From Isurus oxyrinchus (lineage: Eukaryota), in the NCBI GenBank assembly GCA_026770705.1, contig JANJGN010000052.1, positions 3,968,001-4,032,000 of the forward strand: a stretch of DNA of 64,000 nucleotides, written 5' to 3'. How positions within the stretch are numbered: the first letter of the stretch is position 1; each line of letters begins with the position of its first letter. The notes under the pieces were generated by a model, which searched no databases, had not been told where the DNA came from, and worked only from the letters and a program-made list of their open reading frames with translations. Positions 12,553 through 24,548 of this stretch are shown here, in pieces. Position numbers and translations under genes: made by a program.

Positions 12553-14080
12553 CATTCAGAATCAATAATCAAACCCCGATCAGTATCAATAATCAAACCC
12601 CGTTCAGTATCAATAATCAAACCCCATTCAGAATCAATAATCAAACCCCGTTCAGTATCAATAATCAAACCCTGTTCAGAATCAATAATCAAACCCCATT
12701 CAGTATCAATAATCAAACCCCGTTCAGTATCAATACTCAAACCCCGTTCAGAATCAATAATCAAACCCCGTTCAGATTCAATAATCAAACCCCGTTCAGT
12801 ATCAATAATCAAACCCCGTTCAGCATCAATAATCAAACCCCGTTCAGATTCAATAATCAAACCCCGTTCAGAATCAATAATCAAACCCCGTTCAGAATCA
12901 ATAATCAAACCCCGTAAAGAATCAATAATCAAACCCCGTTCAGTTTTAATAATCAAACCCCGTTCAGATTCAATAATCAAACACCTTTCAGAATCAATAA
13001 TCAAACCCCGTTCAGAATCAATAATCAAACCCCATTCAGAATCAATAATCAAACCCCGTTCAGTATCAATAATCAAACTCTGTTCAGGATCAATAATCAA
13101 ACACCGTTCAGAATCAATAATCAAACCCCGTTCAGAATTAATTATCAAACCCCGTTCAATATCAATAATCAAACTTCGTTCAGGATCAATAATCGAACCC
13201 CGTTCAGAATCAATAATCAAACCCCATTCAGTATCAAGAATCAAACCCCGTTCAGAATCAATAATCAAACCCCATTCAGTATCAATAATCAAACTTCGTT
13301 CAGGATCAAGAATGAAACACCGTTCAGATTCAATAATCAAACCCCTTTCAGAATCAATAATCAAACCCCGTTCAGAATCAATAATCAAACCCCGTTCAGA
13401 ATTAATTATCAAACCCCATTCAATATCAATAATCAAACTTCGTTCAGGATCAATAATCAAACCCTGTTCAGCATCAATAATCAAACCCCATTCAGTATCA
13501 ATAATCAAACCCCGTTCAGTATCAATAATCAAACCCCGTTCAGAATCAATAATCAAACCCCGTTCAGTATCAATAATCAAACTTCGTTCAGTATCACTAA
13601 TCAAACACCGTTCAGATTCTATAATCAAACCCCGTTCAGTATCAATAATCAAACCCCATTCAGAATTAAAAATCAAACCCCGTTCAGTATCAATAATCAA
13701 ACCCCGTTCAGAATCAATAATCATACCCCTTTCAGTATCAATAATCAAACCCCGTTCAGTATCAATAATCAAACCCCATTCAGAATTAAAAATCAAACCC
13801 CGTTCAGTATCAATAATCAAACCCCGTTCAGAATCAATAATCAAACCCTGTTCAGTATCAATAATCAAACACCGTTCAGAATCAATAATCAAACCCCATT
13901 CAGTATCAATAATCAAACTTCGTTCAGGATCAATAATCAATCCCCGTTCAGTATCAATAATCAAACATCATTCAGAATTAAAAATCAAACCCCGTTCAGT
14001 ATCAATAGTCAAACCCCGTTCAGAATCAATAATCAAACCCTGTTCAGTATCAATAATCAAACTACGTTCAGTATCAATAA
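12553..14080. repeat. 24-bp minisatellite (cccgttcagwatcaataatcaaac)n, roughly 60 copies
   Basis: Visible tandem periodicity; explains spurious ORFs on both strands. Confidence 0.95.
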
Positions 14081-14179
14081 TTAATGTTTCTATTATGGTT
14101 GGAATTTTCGATTTGGATCAATAATACTAAACACTGATCACTCTGATTGTCACTCTGATCATTTCTGTTTCTATTACAG

Positions 14180-14296
14180 AAGAACGATGAGAAGGATCTG
14201 GAAATGAAATCTAACCGCGGAGTCAATCCTGATACAGATGATGATCTTTACGCAAACTGTGATTTTGCCAAGGATTCTGTTTATGGGAATTTATAA
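14180..14296 (+). CDS. Candidate terminal cytoplasmic exon KNDEKDLEMKSNRGVNPDTDDDLYANCDFAKDSVYGNL*
   Basis: ttctattacag acceptor; two YxN motifs at the C-terminus; TAA at 14294-14296. Confidence 0.7.
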   Translation, partial: KNDEKDLEMKSNRGVNPDTDDDLYANCDFAKDSVYGNL

Positions 14297-15411
14297 ACTG
14301 AGCAAGAATGAGACACACACAGTGTGGGGAGAATACAGAATGGGAGAATCATTCAAAACTCTAACTTACCTTCCTAATATCCACAGAAACTCACTCCCAG
14401 GAAATAGATTTAAACCTCTTGTTACAATCTGATGGAATTTCTTCGGAATAATCTATCCAGGATGGTTGTCTGTGGGTTTCAATTCGAACATCCTCCTTCA
14501 GAATTGTCCCTCACTGTTGGAAACATCCTTCTCTCCATTCTGATTGTAAATGTCTTTAGATATCGTTCGATGATGTACCAGGACAGAACGGACAAATTCA
14601 ATCCCGTGTCCTTGATTATGAGTTAATTTTCATTCTGTTATTCACTTTTCTGTCTGTCAGTGTTTACAGAATATTCATCAGCCAGTGTGGACTTCAGGAA
14701 ATGCAGGATCGGTGGATAATTGGAGCAGAGGAGATTGGCAAAATTTACTCACGATTTTGTAGTCAAATGTATTTTCAGATATATATTTGGATTTTACACT
14801 TCATCGTTAAACTGCGAAACAAAGAAGAATCTGGGAAACACGGAAACAATTTGATTGGAGATTTGAGAAATTCTCTGCAGCTCAGATGATAACAGATGTG
14901 CTACAGTGCCACCACTGGTGGGAGGACATCATTTCAGCGTGACATGTTTACATTCATGTTGCCAATGAACATTGAAAACTATGATGTGAAAAATTGTTTG
15001 CAGGTTTATCTTCTTCAATATGTCATGGATGGATGAGACAGCTTTGATAACAGAATGAGATAGAGCTGCAATAAACCACCATGTTAGTCTTTCACACTTG
15101 GAGAGTACAATTAGCATCCATCCTGATGGTGAGTGGATGGGTGGACTGTGCGATGTGTTACAGATCACAGAGACCAACATACTTGATCCTGGTTCCGCTC
15201 TGTGTTTGATGAGATGCTTGATTCAAAGATTGGGAAAATAAATAATCCTCCTGCATTGATCTGTAACTGGTCATTTTCTCTGTTAATGAGGTGAGGACAG
15301 ATTTGGGTTCGAGGTCCAAAATCAGACACATGCTTTAACTGCCCATTGAATAGGAACAGGAGGAGGCCATTCAGCCCCCTCGAGCCTGCTACACAGGAAC
15401 AAGAGGGCACC

Positions 15412-15628
15412 TGAAATAAAAACAGAAAATGCTGGAGAAACTGAGTAGGTCTGGCAGCATCTGTGCAGAGATAAACAGAAATAACATTTCGAGTCCGTAT
15501 GACCCTTCTTCAGAGTCTCAAAGCAAAAACTCTGTTTCTCTCTCCACAGCTGCTGCCAGACCTGCTGAGTTAATGCAGCATTTTCTGTTTTTATTTCAGA
15601 TTTACAGCATCTGCAGTATTTATTTTTA
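15412..15628. mobile_element. Two inverted Penelope-like terminal repeat fragments
   Basis: 15412-15480 is the approximate reverse complement of 15530-15600; same family as 16025-16120, 19349-19480 and 60525-60610. Confidence 0.7.
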
Positions 15629-15629
15629 A

Positions 15630-16020
15630 TGAGAGGAGGACATTCAGCCCCTCGAGCCTGTTACACAGGAACAGGAGGAGGCCCATTCTGTCCCCTTGAG
15701 CCAGTTACACAGGAACAGGAGGAGGCCCATTCTATCCCTTTGAACCTGTTACACAGGAACAGGAGGAGGCCCATTCACCCTCCTCGAGCCTATTACACAG
15801 GAACAGGAGGAGGCCCATTCTGTCCCCTTGAGCCTGTTACACAGGAACAGCAGGAGGCCCATTCACCCTCCTCGAGCCTGTTACACAGGAACAGGAGGAG
15901 GCCCATTCTGTCCCCTTGAGCCTGTTACACAGGTACAGGAGACCCATTCAGCCTCCACAAGCTTGTTACACAGGAACAATTGGGGTTCCATTCAGCCACT
16001 CAAGCCTGTTCCACATGAAC
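15630..16020. repeat. About 41-42 bp minisatellite acacaggaacaggaggaggcc(c)attcagcccctcgagcctgtt (also 16660-17060 and 62866-63100)
   Basis: Tandem copies; the unit resembles the antisense of CR1 3' ends found elsewhere in the window. Confidence 0.85.
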
Positions 16021-16024
16021 GGGA

Positions 16025-16640
16025 ACAAAAACAAAAATAGCTGGAAAAACTCAGCAGGTCTGACAGGATCTGCGGAGAGGAACACACTTGACGTTTTGGG
16101 TCTGTATGACTCTTCATCAGAACTAAGGGAATCGAGAAATGAGGTGACGTTTTAGCTGGTAGAGGGGGTGGGGCAGGTAGAGCTGGATTGTGGGCCAGTG
16201 ATAGGTGGAGGCAAAGAAGAGGTTGCCAAAGATGTGATAGACAAAAGGACAAAGGGGTGTTGACGGTGGTGATATTATCTGAGGAATGTGCTAATGGGGA
16301 CATTAAGGGTAGAAAGCAGGACGAGCAAGAGACAGAAAGTCCTAGTGGGGGTGGGGTGGGGGAAAGGATTGAAATAGGCTAAAAGGTAGAGATACAACAA
16401 CAGATGTAAAACATTTAAAAATAATGGAGACCAAGGACGGACATGTGGGCATGAGAGCAGGGTGGGGTGTTAAAATGGCAAGTGACAGGGAGGTCTGGGT
16501 CATGCTTGTGGACAGACCGAAGGTGTTCATCAGAGCGATCACCCAGTCTGTGTTTGGTCTGTCCCATGTAGAGGAGACCACATTGGGAGCAGTGAAGGCA
16601 GTAGATTAAATTGAGGGAAGTGCAAGTGAAATGCTGCTCC
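16025..16640 (-). mobile_element. Penelope-like element 3' fragment (GIY-YIG endonuclease plus UTR with hammerhead-like motif)
   Basis: Minus-strand translation FTCTSLNLIYCLHCSQCGLLYMGQTKHRLGDRSDEHLRSV...LPVTCHFN; CTGATGA-stem motif at 16089-16120. Confidence 0.85.
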
Positions 16641-17164
16641 CAATGATGCTCCTAATGTACTCGAGCCTGGTACACAGGAACTGGGGAAGGCCAATTCAGC
16701 CCCTTTAGCCTTTTACACAGGAACAGGAGGAGGCCCACTCAACCCCATGAGCCTGGTACACAGTGAGAGAAGGAGGCCATTCAGCCCCCCTGAACCTGTT
16801 GCACAGGAAAAGGAGACCCATTCAGCCCCTCGAGCTTGTTACACAGGAACAGGAGGAGGTCCATTCAGCCCCTCAAGTCAGTGACATAGGAACAGGAGAA
16901 GTCTCATTCAGCCACATAAGCATCTTATATAAGAACATGAGGGGGCCCAAACAGCCCCTCAAGCATGTTACACAAGAAGCGGAGGAGGAGGCCCATTCAG
17001 CCACATGAGCCAGTTACACAGGGACTGGAGGAGGCCCATTCAGCTCCCTCGAGCCTCTTGCATGTGAACAGTCGATGGCCCTTCAACCACATTCTTGGTA
17101 CGCAAAGGGTTAACAGTTTTCTAACTGTGTGAGGCAAAGAATTGCTTTCTAACTTGGTACCAAG

Positions 17165-17311
17165 CACTTCCTCATTTTGATTCACAGTGACACATCAACC
17201 CTTTCTAATTAAATACACAGAGGGAGCAGCACAGGAAGAGGTCATTCAGCCCAAGCAGAGCATGTGGGCAGTTCCTCCCCAGGCGAGCAGTCGGACAGGT
17301 CCTGGGTAAGT
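17165..17311 (+). promoter_or_regulatory. Putative promoter / non-coding first exon of gene B
   Basis: PU.1-like CACTTCCTCATTT at 17165, Ets-like CAGGAAG, donor TGG|GTAAGT at 17306; conserved upstream of gene C. Confidence 0.5.
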
Positions 17312-17755
17312 AACAGAACGATTGGAATTCACTTCCACCACCAACACCGTCCTTTTTTGATGTTGTGACTTTATAAAGACAGATTCCAATGATTGATGCC
17401 TTTGAAAGATTTCTACTGATTATTGAGATCTGGGTGTGAGGCTCAAGTCTGTTGTACAGAACATCTTTCTAGCTCAAGGGATGAGGGAAGTGCAGAGACA
17501 TGAGCTTTGGGACATCCGGAGATAGTGAAAGGTGCTATAGAAATGCAAGTCCTTCATTATTTTTCTTTCTTAAAGCCTTGTAACTCTCTGCAGAGCACCT
17601 ATCATCCCACAGAGAATCAAATTAGTCAGTGAAGACATTGTCTAAAAGCAGTTCTGATCTCTCGAGAGCTGTCGGACAAGAGGTGAGGTCTCATTAACTC
17701 CTTTCTCTTTCACAGCTTGAGAGTGAGAAGTGGATGGAATATCTGGGAGTGGACA

Positions 17756-17795
17756 ATGATCGGGAAATCTTACTTTCTCTTGTCACTTCTCCAAG
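17756..17795 (+). CDS. Gene B signal peptide exon MIGKSYFLLSLLQ(V)
   Basis: Acceptor at 17714-17715, donor CAAG|gtaat; paralog at 24992-25031. Confidence 0.8.
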
Positions 17796-20700
17796 GTAAT
17801 ATCATCATCAGCTCGGATAGATTTATGTTTAACAGTCTTTGTAAAAGATCATTCTTATCTCTTTATCTCTGTAACCTCCTGCAACTCACCCAAACAACTT
17901 CCCAGATCTCTGTGTTAGTCCAATTCCGGCCTCTTGACCATCCCCCGATTCCCATCACTCCAATACTGGCGGCCGGGCCTTCAGCTGCCTGGGGCCTGAG
18001 CTCTGGAATTCACTCGCTAAACCTCGGGGATGGAGGAGATCAGATGGATTCATTTTACTGACAATCACCACGACCACATCACAGCTGCAGTGAGAATAGA
18101 CAGAGAGTCCAGCCCTCACACTTCCTGCACAGTTTCACCATAGCAACCACAATAAGGAAGTAAAATAACTGAAAGTTAAACCGAAGCCAAGCCAGTCAGT
18201 GTAGAGAGATGAGATGTTTACACAGTTTCCCTGTGTATCTTGTAGACACTGTGTTGGGTGGAAGACTGGCTTCACTAAACAGGGTCCTGAGGACCATGAG
18301 CCAATGTAGAATGAACTTGTCCACTCCTGTGTCCAGGAATCTCTTCCATCCATTGTGAAACCTTGGGGAGTTCCTTGTGTGTCCTGTAGATGGTCCACAC
18401 TGCAGCCACTGTGCCCCAGTGATGGAGGGAGTGGATATCGAGTCTAGTGGATCTACAAACTATCCAGAGTTAAATATTGATATTTCTCTCCCCAGTTGGA
18501 CTGTCACAAGAGTGGAAAGGCGACACTCCACGAGAGGTTGCAGCACAGGAAGGCTCGTGTGTACAGATTCCATGTCATTACAGTTACTCATCAAATTTAG
18601 TAGGGAGATCGCGTGTCAGAATCTGGTTGAAAGGAATAGATGTGAATCCACAGCCTAAATGGTCTATAGCCTTTCACTCCGAAGGTCACAGTCACAGGGA
18701 TCAAAGATTCCACCATCGGACCCGGCTGTCAGGAGACCTGAAAGATGGCGACTGTTCCCTGATTATAAATAACTTCAGACGGGAAGATGCGGGACCTTAT
18801 TTTTTCAGAATAGAATTTGACAATGGTCCGAGCCATAACTATTACCCTGTAACCCAGCTTCACATTTCTGGTAAGTGCTGTGTTATAATTACTCAACAAT
18901 TCACATTCAACACTTGATGGGAAATAACACAAACTGTGACGTTTACATATTAACACAAAACACAGCTTACACATCAGACACACTGTCTGATTCTCAATAA
19001 CCTGGTGATAGCTTCCAGTTCAGTCCTAAAGCAACCTCTAATACTCACTTTAATATCAATGATGAAAAGCATTAACTGTATTATCAGGTTATCCATTCCC
19101 ATCAATCTCTCCTGTCCTGTTTAAAAGTCTGACGTATCGATAAAAGAAAGATGTGCATTTCTGCAGCGCAATTTACCACCTCAGGAGGATCCAAATCCCT
19201 TCACAGCCAATGAAATTATTCCTGAATTGTAGTCACAGATGTAAAACACAGCAGGCAGATTGTGCACAGCAAGATCCAACAAACCACAAGGTGATAAATC
19301 ACCCAGATCACTGAGGAAATGAGAAGCCAGTGAACTCAAACCTCTGGTCTGATGAAGAGTCATACGGACTCGAAACGTTAACCCTGTCTTCCTCTCCACT
19401 GATACTATCAGACCTGCTGAGTCTTTCCAGCAATTTTTGTTTTGGTTTCAGATTTCCAGCATCCGCAGTATTCTGCATTTAACTCCAATCTCTGGTCTGA
19501 GCCTCTTCTCTCATCCAGTGTTCTCAATTCACATGTCTCGGAGTGAACGTGTATTAAGCTGAGAGACAGAAACACTACTGCCAAAGAGCAAGAAAATCTT
19601 TCCTGATCATTGTAACCTCTCAGTTCTGATATCATCCTTGTAAAAGTGCTTTCTCTTGTGGGACTGTGATTTCTATTTGAACTGATGCTTCACGTTATGT
19701 TTCTCTAAAAGGATCCATTCTCTTTCTGTTAGATTTCACAGATAAACCCACGATTTTCCCTGCTGAAATTATTGCAGGAAAGCGTGTGGATGTAAGCTGC
19801 ACCTTCAACACAACGTGCAATGGAACAGCAGCACCTGTCTTGACCTGGGACACTCCCACTGACGTACCTGGATCAGTCTCAAACACTGTAACTCAGCATG
19901 GTGTCACTCTGACCTATACTTCTGTTCTGACCCTGATCCCATCACTCAAACACCATGGACACACTCTCAGCTGCAGAGTGAGATATCCATCTGTTTCATC
20001 GGAGCGGACCCTCGTACTAACTGTGCAAGGTAATTACATACACTTTCATTCTACATCAGCACTCCCTCAGCGCTGACCCTCTGACAGTGCAGCCCGTTCT
20101 CAGTGTCCACATTCTCAGACCTCTCTAAGTGCTTCACAGTCGATAGAAGTTAATTGATCTTTATTTGATTATTGCTGAATGAAGAGACAAGCTGTCTAAA
20201 CTTTACATCTCGCACACACCATTCTCCACGGTAACACCTCCACCTATCAGAGACCACTTGCCAACCAATCAGCACTCTCTTCCCATTAAGTATAAATTGT
20301 TGTTCACTTTCTGTTGGTAATCCTGCGAACGTGCTTCTTGATTCCAGCCCTGACATCTTAATGTCCAAATGAACAGAACAAGTTCCAACAATGAGCTGTG
20401 GTTGGTGATTCCTCACGTTACATCCAGGGACACTGGAGACTATCAATGTGTGGCAGAGAATGAACATGGAGCAGTGGGGGTTTTCATAACCATCACTGTG
20501 GAACGTGAGTGTACACAGACTTCAACATCTCTCTCAGATTCAAACATTACACAAACACCCTCAAATATACAGAACTAAATAGACACGTGCAGACACACAT
20601 GTATGAGCAAATACAAAGACACACTCACGAGCAAACACACTAGCACACACTCCCCTGTGGTTTACCTGAGTACTGCACTGGAGAGTTGGCCTGGATTCTG

Positions 20701-22315
20701 GGATTTGTGTTCCCAATCATATTTATGGAAGTATATGGAAATTACAAAGTCTATTACAGACACTCAGATGCATAGAGGCTCTCACAGATACTCTCTGCCT
20801 CTCCAACTCTCTCTTTCCCTTTAAGAAGCTTCCTGAAAGCTAACCCTTCGAACAATCATCGGTCCCAACTCCTCCTTATCTGATTCTGTGTGATTTTGTT
20901 TGTGTATCTGAGAGTAAGAGAGAGGTGGAGAGGTTTAGTTAGAGAATTCCTGCTGGTGAAAAGCTTACATCATTTACTCACCTTTCCAGTGCACATATTT
21001 CCCAGTATGTCCAATGCCCCTGTTTATAATGATGACTGCCTATGTAAATGTCACGCTGTAGTTACATTCTCCCACCAGTGGTGGCATTGTAGCACTTAAT
21101 CCTTGTGTTTCCCAGCTTTTCAAGCAACTCCACTTCCCAGTTTGCTACACAAGCTGTGAGTTCATCAGAATTAAAATATTTCTCAAATGATAGATTTGAT
21201 AATTCATTTTATTGAAAACTTCCTCAGTGCCTCCCTGAAGGGTTTACACTCTCTGGGAAGCAGGAATAGGCTGGATGTTGGGGAGGTCATCTTTTCCCAG
21301 AGAGTAGGGATCCTTGAGAATGTGCTGTCAGTGGGTGTGGTAGTTCCTGTTTCTCTGTTGCCTTCAAGAGGGATCTGGAGTGGTTACTGACTGGGGGAGA
21401 GATCATGGAAGCGGAGAATGATACAGCACAGGAGGAGGCCATTCAGCCCATTGTGCCTGTGCCAGGTCTTTCAATGTTCTATCCAATCAGATCCACTAAC
21501 CAACACTCCACTTTGCCACCATCATCCTCCTTCAAGTGTTTATCCAATTTCCCTTTTGAAAGTTCCTATTGCATCTGCTTCCAGCGCCCTTTCAGGCAGA
21601 ACCTTCCAGATCACAACAACTCGCTCTGTCAAAACAAATTCTCCTCATCTCCACCTCCGGTTCGTCAATCTTGTCCCTCTGGTTACCGACCCTCCTGCCC
21701 CTTAAATACATCGATACTGTTCACTTCAACCAGTCCCAGTGAGAGCGAGTTCCACATTCTCCCCTCTCTCTGGGTAAAGATTGGAACTGTTCATTAAACG
21801 GGGTGTGTAAGTCCATGGGGGAGTCCATCTCGATCCTGCCCGATTCGCACACACGTCCGAGATGGATTTCCACCCTGCACTAAACGTTTCCAGAATTTTC
21901 TACAGCACAATCCTGTACACAGCGATGGAGAGAAACATTGGACAGGGAGTCCAACAGCACAATGATCCATTCTCACCAATGTTCCACGCTAAGGGGAAAG
22001 TTCCGATTGTCCACTCTTAGAGTGTTTACAATGAAAACATTCATTCCACATTGAATCCCAGTGGATGGGTCAATATTACAGCAAATGTTGCAGTGATATG
22101 AAGCTTGATTGTTCAGCCAGAGTGAGAGATTGAAAGCGGAGAGTCAGTGATGATTTCTTTCTGTGTGTTCTCTAGACAGTGGAGGAGAGATTCTGCACGT
22201 GATCCTGATCCTGGGAATACGAGCTGTGATATTCCTTGTGGCTGTGGTTATCACTATCGCTGGAGTCTGTGTCTGGGAGAGACAAACAGTGAAAGGAAGT
22301 CGACAGACTGTTTGA
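17756..22315 (+). CDS. Siglec-like gene B, activating type (leader-V-C2-[broken Ig]-TM with Arg)
   Basis: Exons 17756-17795, 18496-18870, 19733-20029 and 22176-22315 join in frame if the broken exon near 20351-20504 is skipped. Confidence 0.75.
18496..18870 (+). CDS. Gene B Siglec-type V-set exon
   Basis: GSCVQIPC, DCSLII, EDAGPYFFRIE; canonical splice sites. Confidence 0.9.
19349..19380 (+). ncRNA. Minimal hammerhead-ribozyme-like motif in a Penelope-derived insertion (19349-19480)
   Basis: CTGATGA-A-GAGTC-atacg-GACTC-GAAAC-GTTA. Confidence 0.5.
19733..20029 (+). CDS. Gene B C2-set exon
   Basis: 297 nt, near-identical to 6988-7284. Confidence 0.9.
20351..20504 (+). pseudogene. 3' half of the gene B third Ig exon; acceptor and 5' half replaced by foreign sequence (about 20168-20350)
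   Basis: HLNVQMNRTSSNNELW...YQCVAEN...TVE and the donor remain; homology to the paralog introns stops at gatctttatttg (20167). Confidence 0.8.
22176..22315 (+). CDS. Gene B TM + short tail exon: SGGEILHVILILGIRAVIFLVAVVITIAGVCVWERQTVKGSRQTV*
   Basis: gtgttctctag acceptor; phase-1 translation gives a hydrophobic helix with CGA (Arg) at 22220-22222; TGA at 22313-22315. Confidence 0.8.
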
Positions 22316-22439
22316 AGCTTTGTAGAGCAACAATCTGGTCAGTCAGTACGGACAAATAACGTGTGATGTTGGGTTAAGTTGTAAAGAAACTGGTCAGTGT
22401 CCTGGTTAGAATCACCTTCGTATCAGAGAGGCATTCCAG

Positions 22440-23035
22440 CAGAGTGGGAGCCCATTCAGCCCATTGAGTCCATGTTGTCTCTCTGTAGAGCAATCCAGTC
22501 AGTCCCATTTCCCCTCTCTATCCCCGTATCCCTGTGAGTTTATTTCCAATTGTCCGTCAAATTTCCTTTTGAAATCGTTCATCGTCTCCACTTCCACCAT
22601 CCTGGTAGGCAGCGAGTTCCAGCTCATTACCACTCGCTGTGTAAAAAAGTTCCTCCTCACATCACCCCCTCTGTCCAAAACCTTCAATCTGTGTCCCCCA
22701 GTCCTTGTACCATCAGCTAATGGCAACAGCTTCTCTTTGTCTACCTGATCTAAACCCATCATCATCTTGTACACCTCGATCAGATCCCCCCTCAATCTCC
22801 TTTGCTCCAAGGAGAACAACCCCAGCTTCTCCAACCCAACCTTGTAGCTAAAATCCCTCATCCCTGGACCCATTCTGCTCAATCTCCTCCCTAACCTCTC
22901 AAGGACCCTCACTTCCTTCCCAAAGTGAGGAGACCACAACTGGACACAATACTCTAGTTGTGACCTAACCAGAGCTTTATAAATGTTCAGCATAACCTCC
23001 CTGTGTTTGTTCTCAATCCCTCGATTTATGAAAAG
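22440..23035 (-). mobile_element. CR1 LINE 3' fragment
   Basis: YKALVRSQLEYCVQLWSP...LFSLEQRRLRGDLIEVYK...FFTQRVVMSWNSLP. Confidence 0.9.
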
Positions 23036-23574
23036 CTTATTCTTTCCATCAGCACAAACAGCAATTTCCAAGCGGACTCCCATCAGCAGACTGAGTGCAA
23101 TGAAACATCGGCATGCCTGCTTCTTAATGTACGGAGAGAATCCTGGAACGAGAGATTCTCCTTCTTCTCCTCAGCAAGCTGAAACTTTTCCTTATACCTG
23201 GTGCTCCCCAGTCCTGCTGTGTGGACACATCATAACCACGGCATTGATTAACACAAGTGATTAAAATGCTCAGGCTGTTCTGTAAATATTTACACATTAA
23301 AATTCTCATTTTACTGCAAATTCTTGGCTCAAAGACATTACTTCATGTTGTGATGATTTTCCAATCATGTGAATTATTGTGCCCATCATTATAATGGAAA
23401 CTTCCCATGTAAACATGTCACATTGTAGTTAGGCACTCCTGCCATTGGGTGGTGTGATATCAAAGCTGCCTTGCTGCTCAGAAACAGCGAGAAATATTCC
23501 TGTTCTAAATTTGAAGTTAGTGAGACAAAGGCATTAGATGCAATTTTGTGAAACTTGTACAATGTTCTTTAGAT

Positions 23575-24230
23575 AGTGCAGCACTCCCTCAGTACTGACC
23601 CTCCAACAGTGCAGCACTCCCTCAGTACTGACCCTCCAACAGTGCAGCACTCCCTCAGTACTGACCATACAAGAGTGCAGCACTCCCTCAGTACTGACCA
23701 ACCGACAGTGCAGCACTCCCTCAGTACTGACCCTCCAACAGTGCAGCACTCCCTCAGTACTGACCCTCCAACAGTGCAGCACTCCCTCAGTACTGACCAT
23801 ACAAGAGTGCAGCACTCCCTCAGTACTGACCAACCGACAGTGCAGCACTCCCTCAGTACTGACCCTCCAACAGTGCAGCACTCCCTCAGTACTGACCATA
23901 CAAGAGTGCAGCACTCCCTCAGTACTGACCAACCGACAGTGCAGCACTCCCTCAGTACTGACCCTCCAACAGTGCAGCACTCCCTCAGTACTGACCCTCT
24001 GACAGTGCAGCACTCTCTCAGTACTGACCCTCTGACAGTGCAGCACTCCCTCAGTACTGACCCTCTGACAGTGCAGCACGCCCTCAGCAACAATACAACA
24101 ATACTCTACAGTGCAGAACTCCTTTGCTGCTGACCCTCCAACAGAGCAGCACTTCTTCAGACCTGATCCTGCGACAGAGCAGCACCCCATCAGAACTGAC
24201 CCCTAATGGTGCCGCACTTGCTCAGTATTT
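23575..24230. repeat. 33-bp minisatellite (cagtgcagcactccctcagtactgaccctcyra)n; also at about 2113-2307, 8080-8410, 31830-32170, 35320-35440, 38300-38600, 50740-51075, 53000-53110, 57080-57190
   Basis: Tandem repeats seen directly; a Deu-domain SINE origin is inferred from recollection of the motif. Confidence 0.9.
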
Positions 24231-24415
24231 ACCCTGCAACAGCACAATTTAATATTAACCCTCGGAGCCATGGTAGAAAACTGACGTTACCAAATAGCAA
24301 ACAACAGAAGAGAAGCATCACAGAGTCACAATAAATAGGTCAAAAGTGTGATTATGTTGTAACGCTTTGTGGTATGAAGCACTCATTCCTACTGCCTGTT
24401 TACTCACTCCTTTGC

Positions 24416-24548
24416 TACTTCCTCATTTTGTCTCACAGAGACACATCAACCCTTTCTAATTAAATACACAGAGGGAGGTCATTCAGCCCAAGCAGAGCGT
24501 GTGGGCAGTTCCTCCCCAGGCGAGCAGTCGGACAGGTCCTGGGTAAGT
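24416..24548 (+). promoter_or_regulatory. Putative promoter / non-coding first exon of gene C
   Basis: TACTTCCTCATTT; donor GT at 24543; lacks the gcagcacaggaaga segment present in the other two copies. Confidence 0.5.

Larger units (their letters stand above)
3528..14296 (+). pseudogene. Siglec-like gene A (leader-V-C2-Ig-Ig-TM*-tail); probable pseudogene or secreted form
   Basis: Phase-compatible GT/AG exons 3528-3573, 4894-5259, 6988-7284, 8548-8829, 9319-9600, 10859-10955; in-frame TGA at 10861-10863. Candidate tail exons 12314-12418 and 14180-14296 are assigned to this gene by position only. Confidence 0.7.

Noticed and set aside
12505-14124. 539-aa and 474-aa repeat ORFs; CRISPR-like periodicity
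   Set aside because: Head-to-tail 24-bp minisatellite without unique spacers, in a eukaryotic intron.
21075-21090. CCACCAGTGGTGGCA as a CTCF site
   Set aside because: Does not fit the CCASYAGRKGGCR spacing without a gap; kept only as part of the unnamed 70-bp element.
23534-24190. Cys-rich or 'TVQHSLSTDP' ORFs here and at other 33-bp arrays
   Set aside because: Unit length is a multiple of 3, so frames stay open on both strands; no coding evidence.
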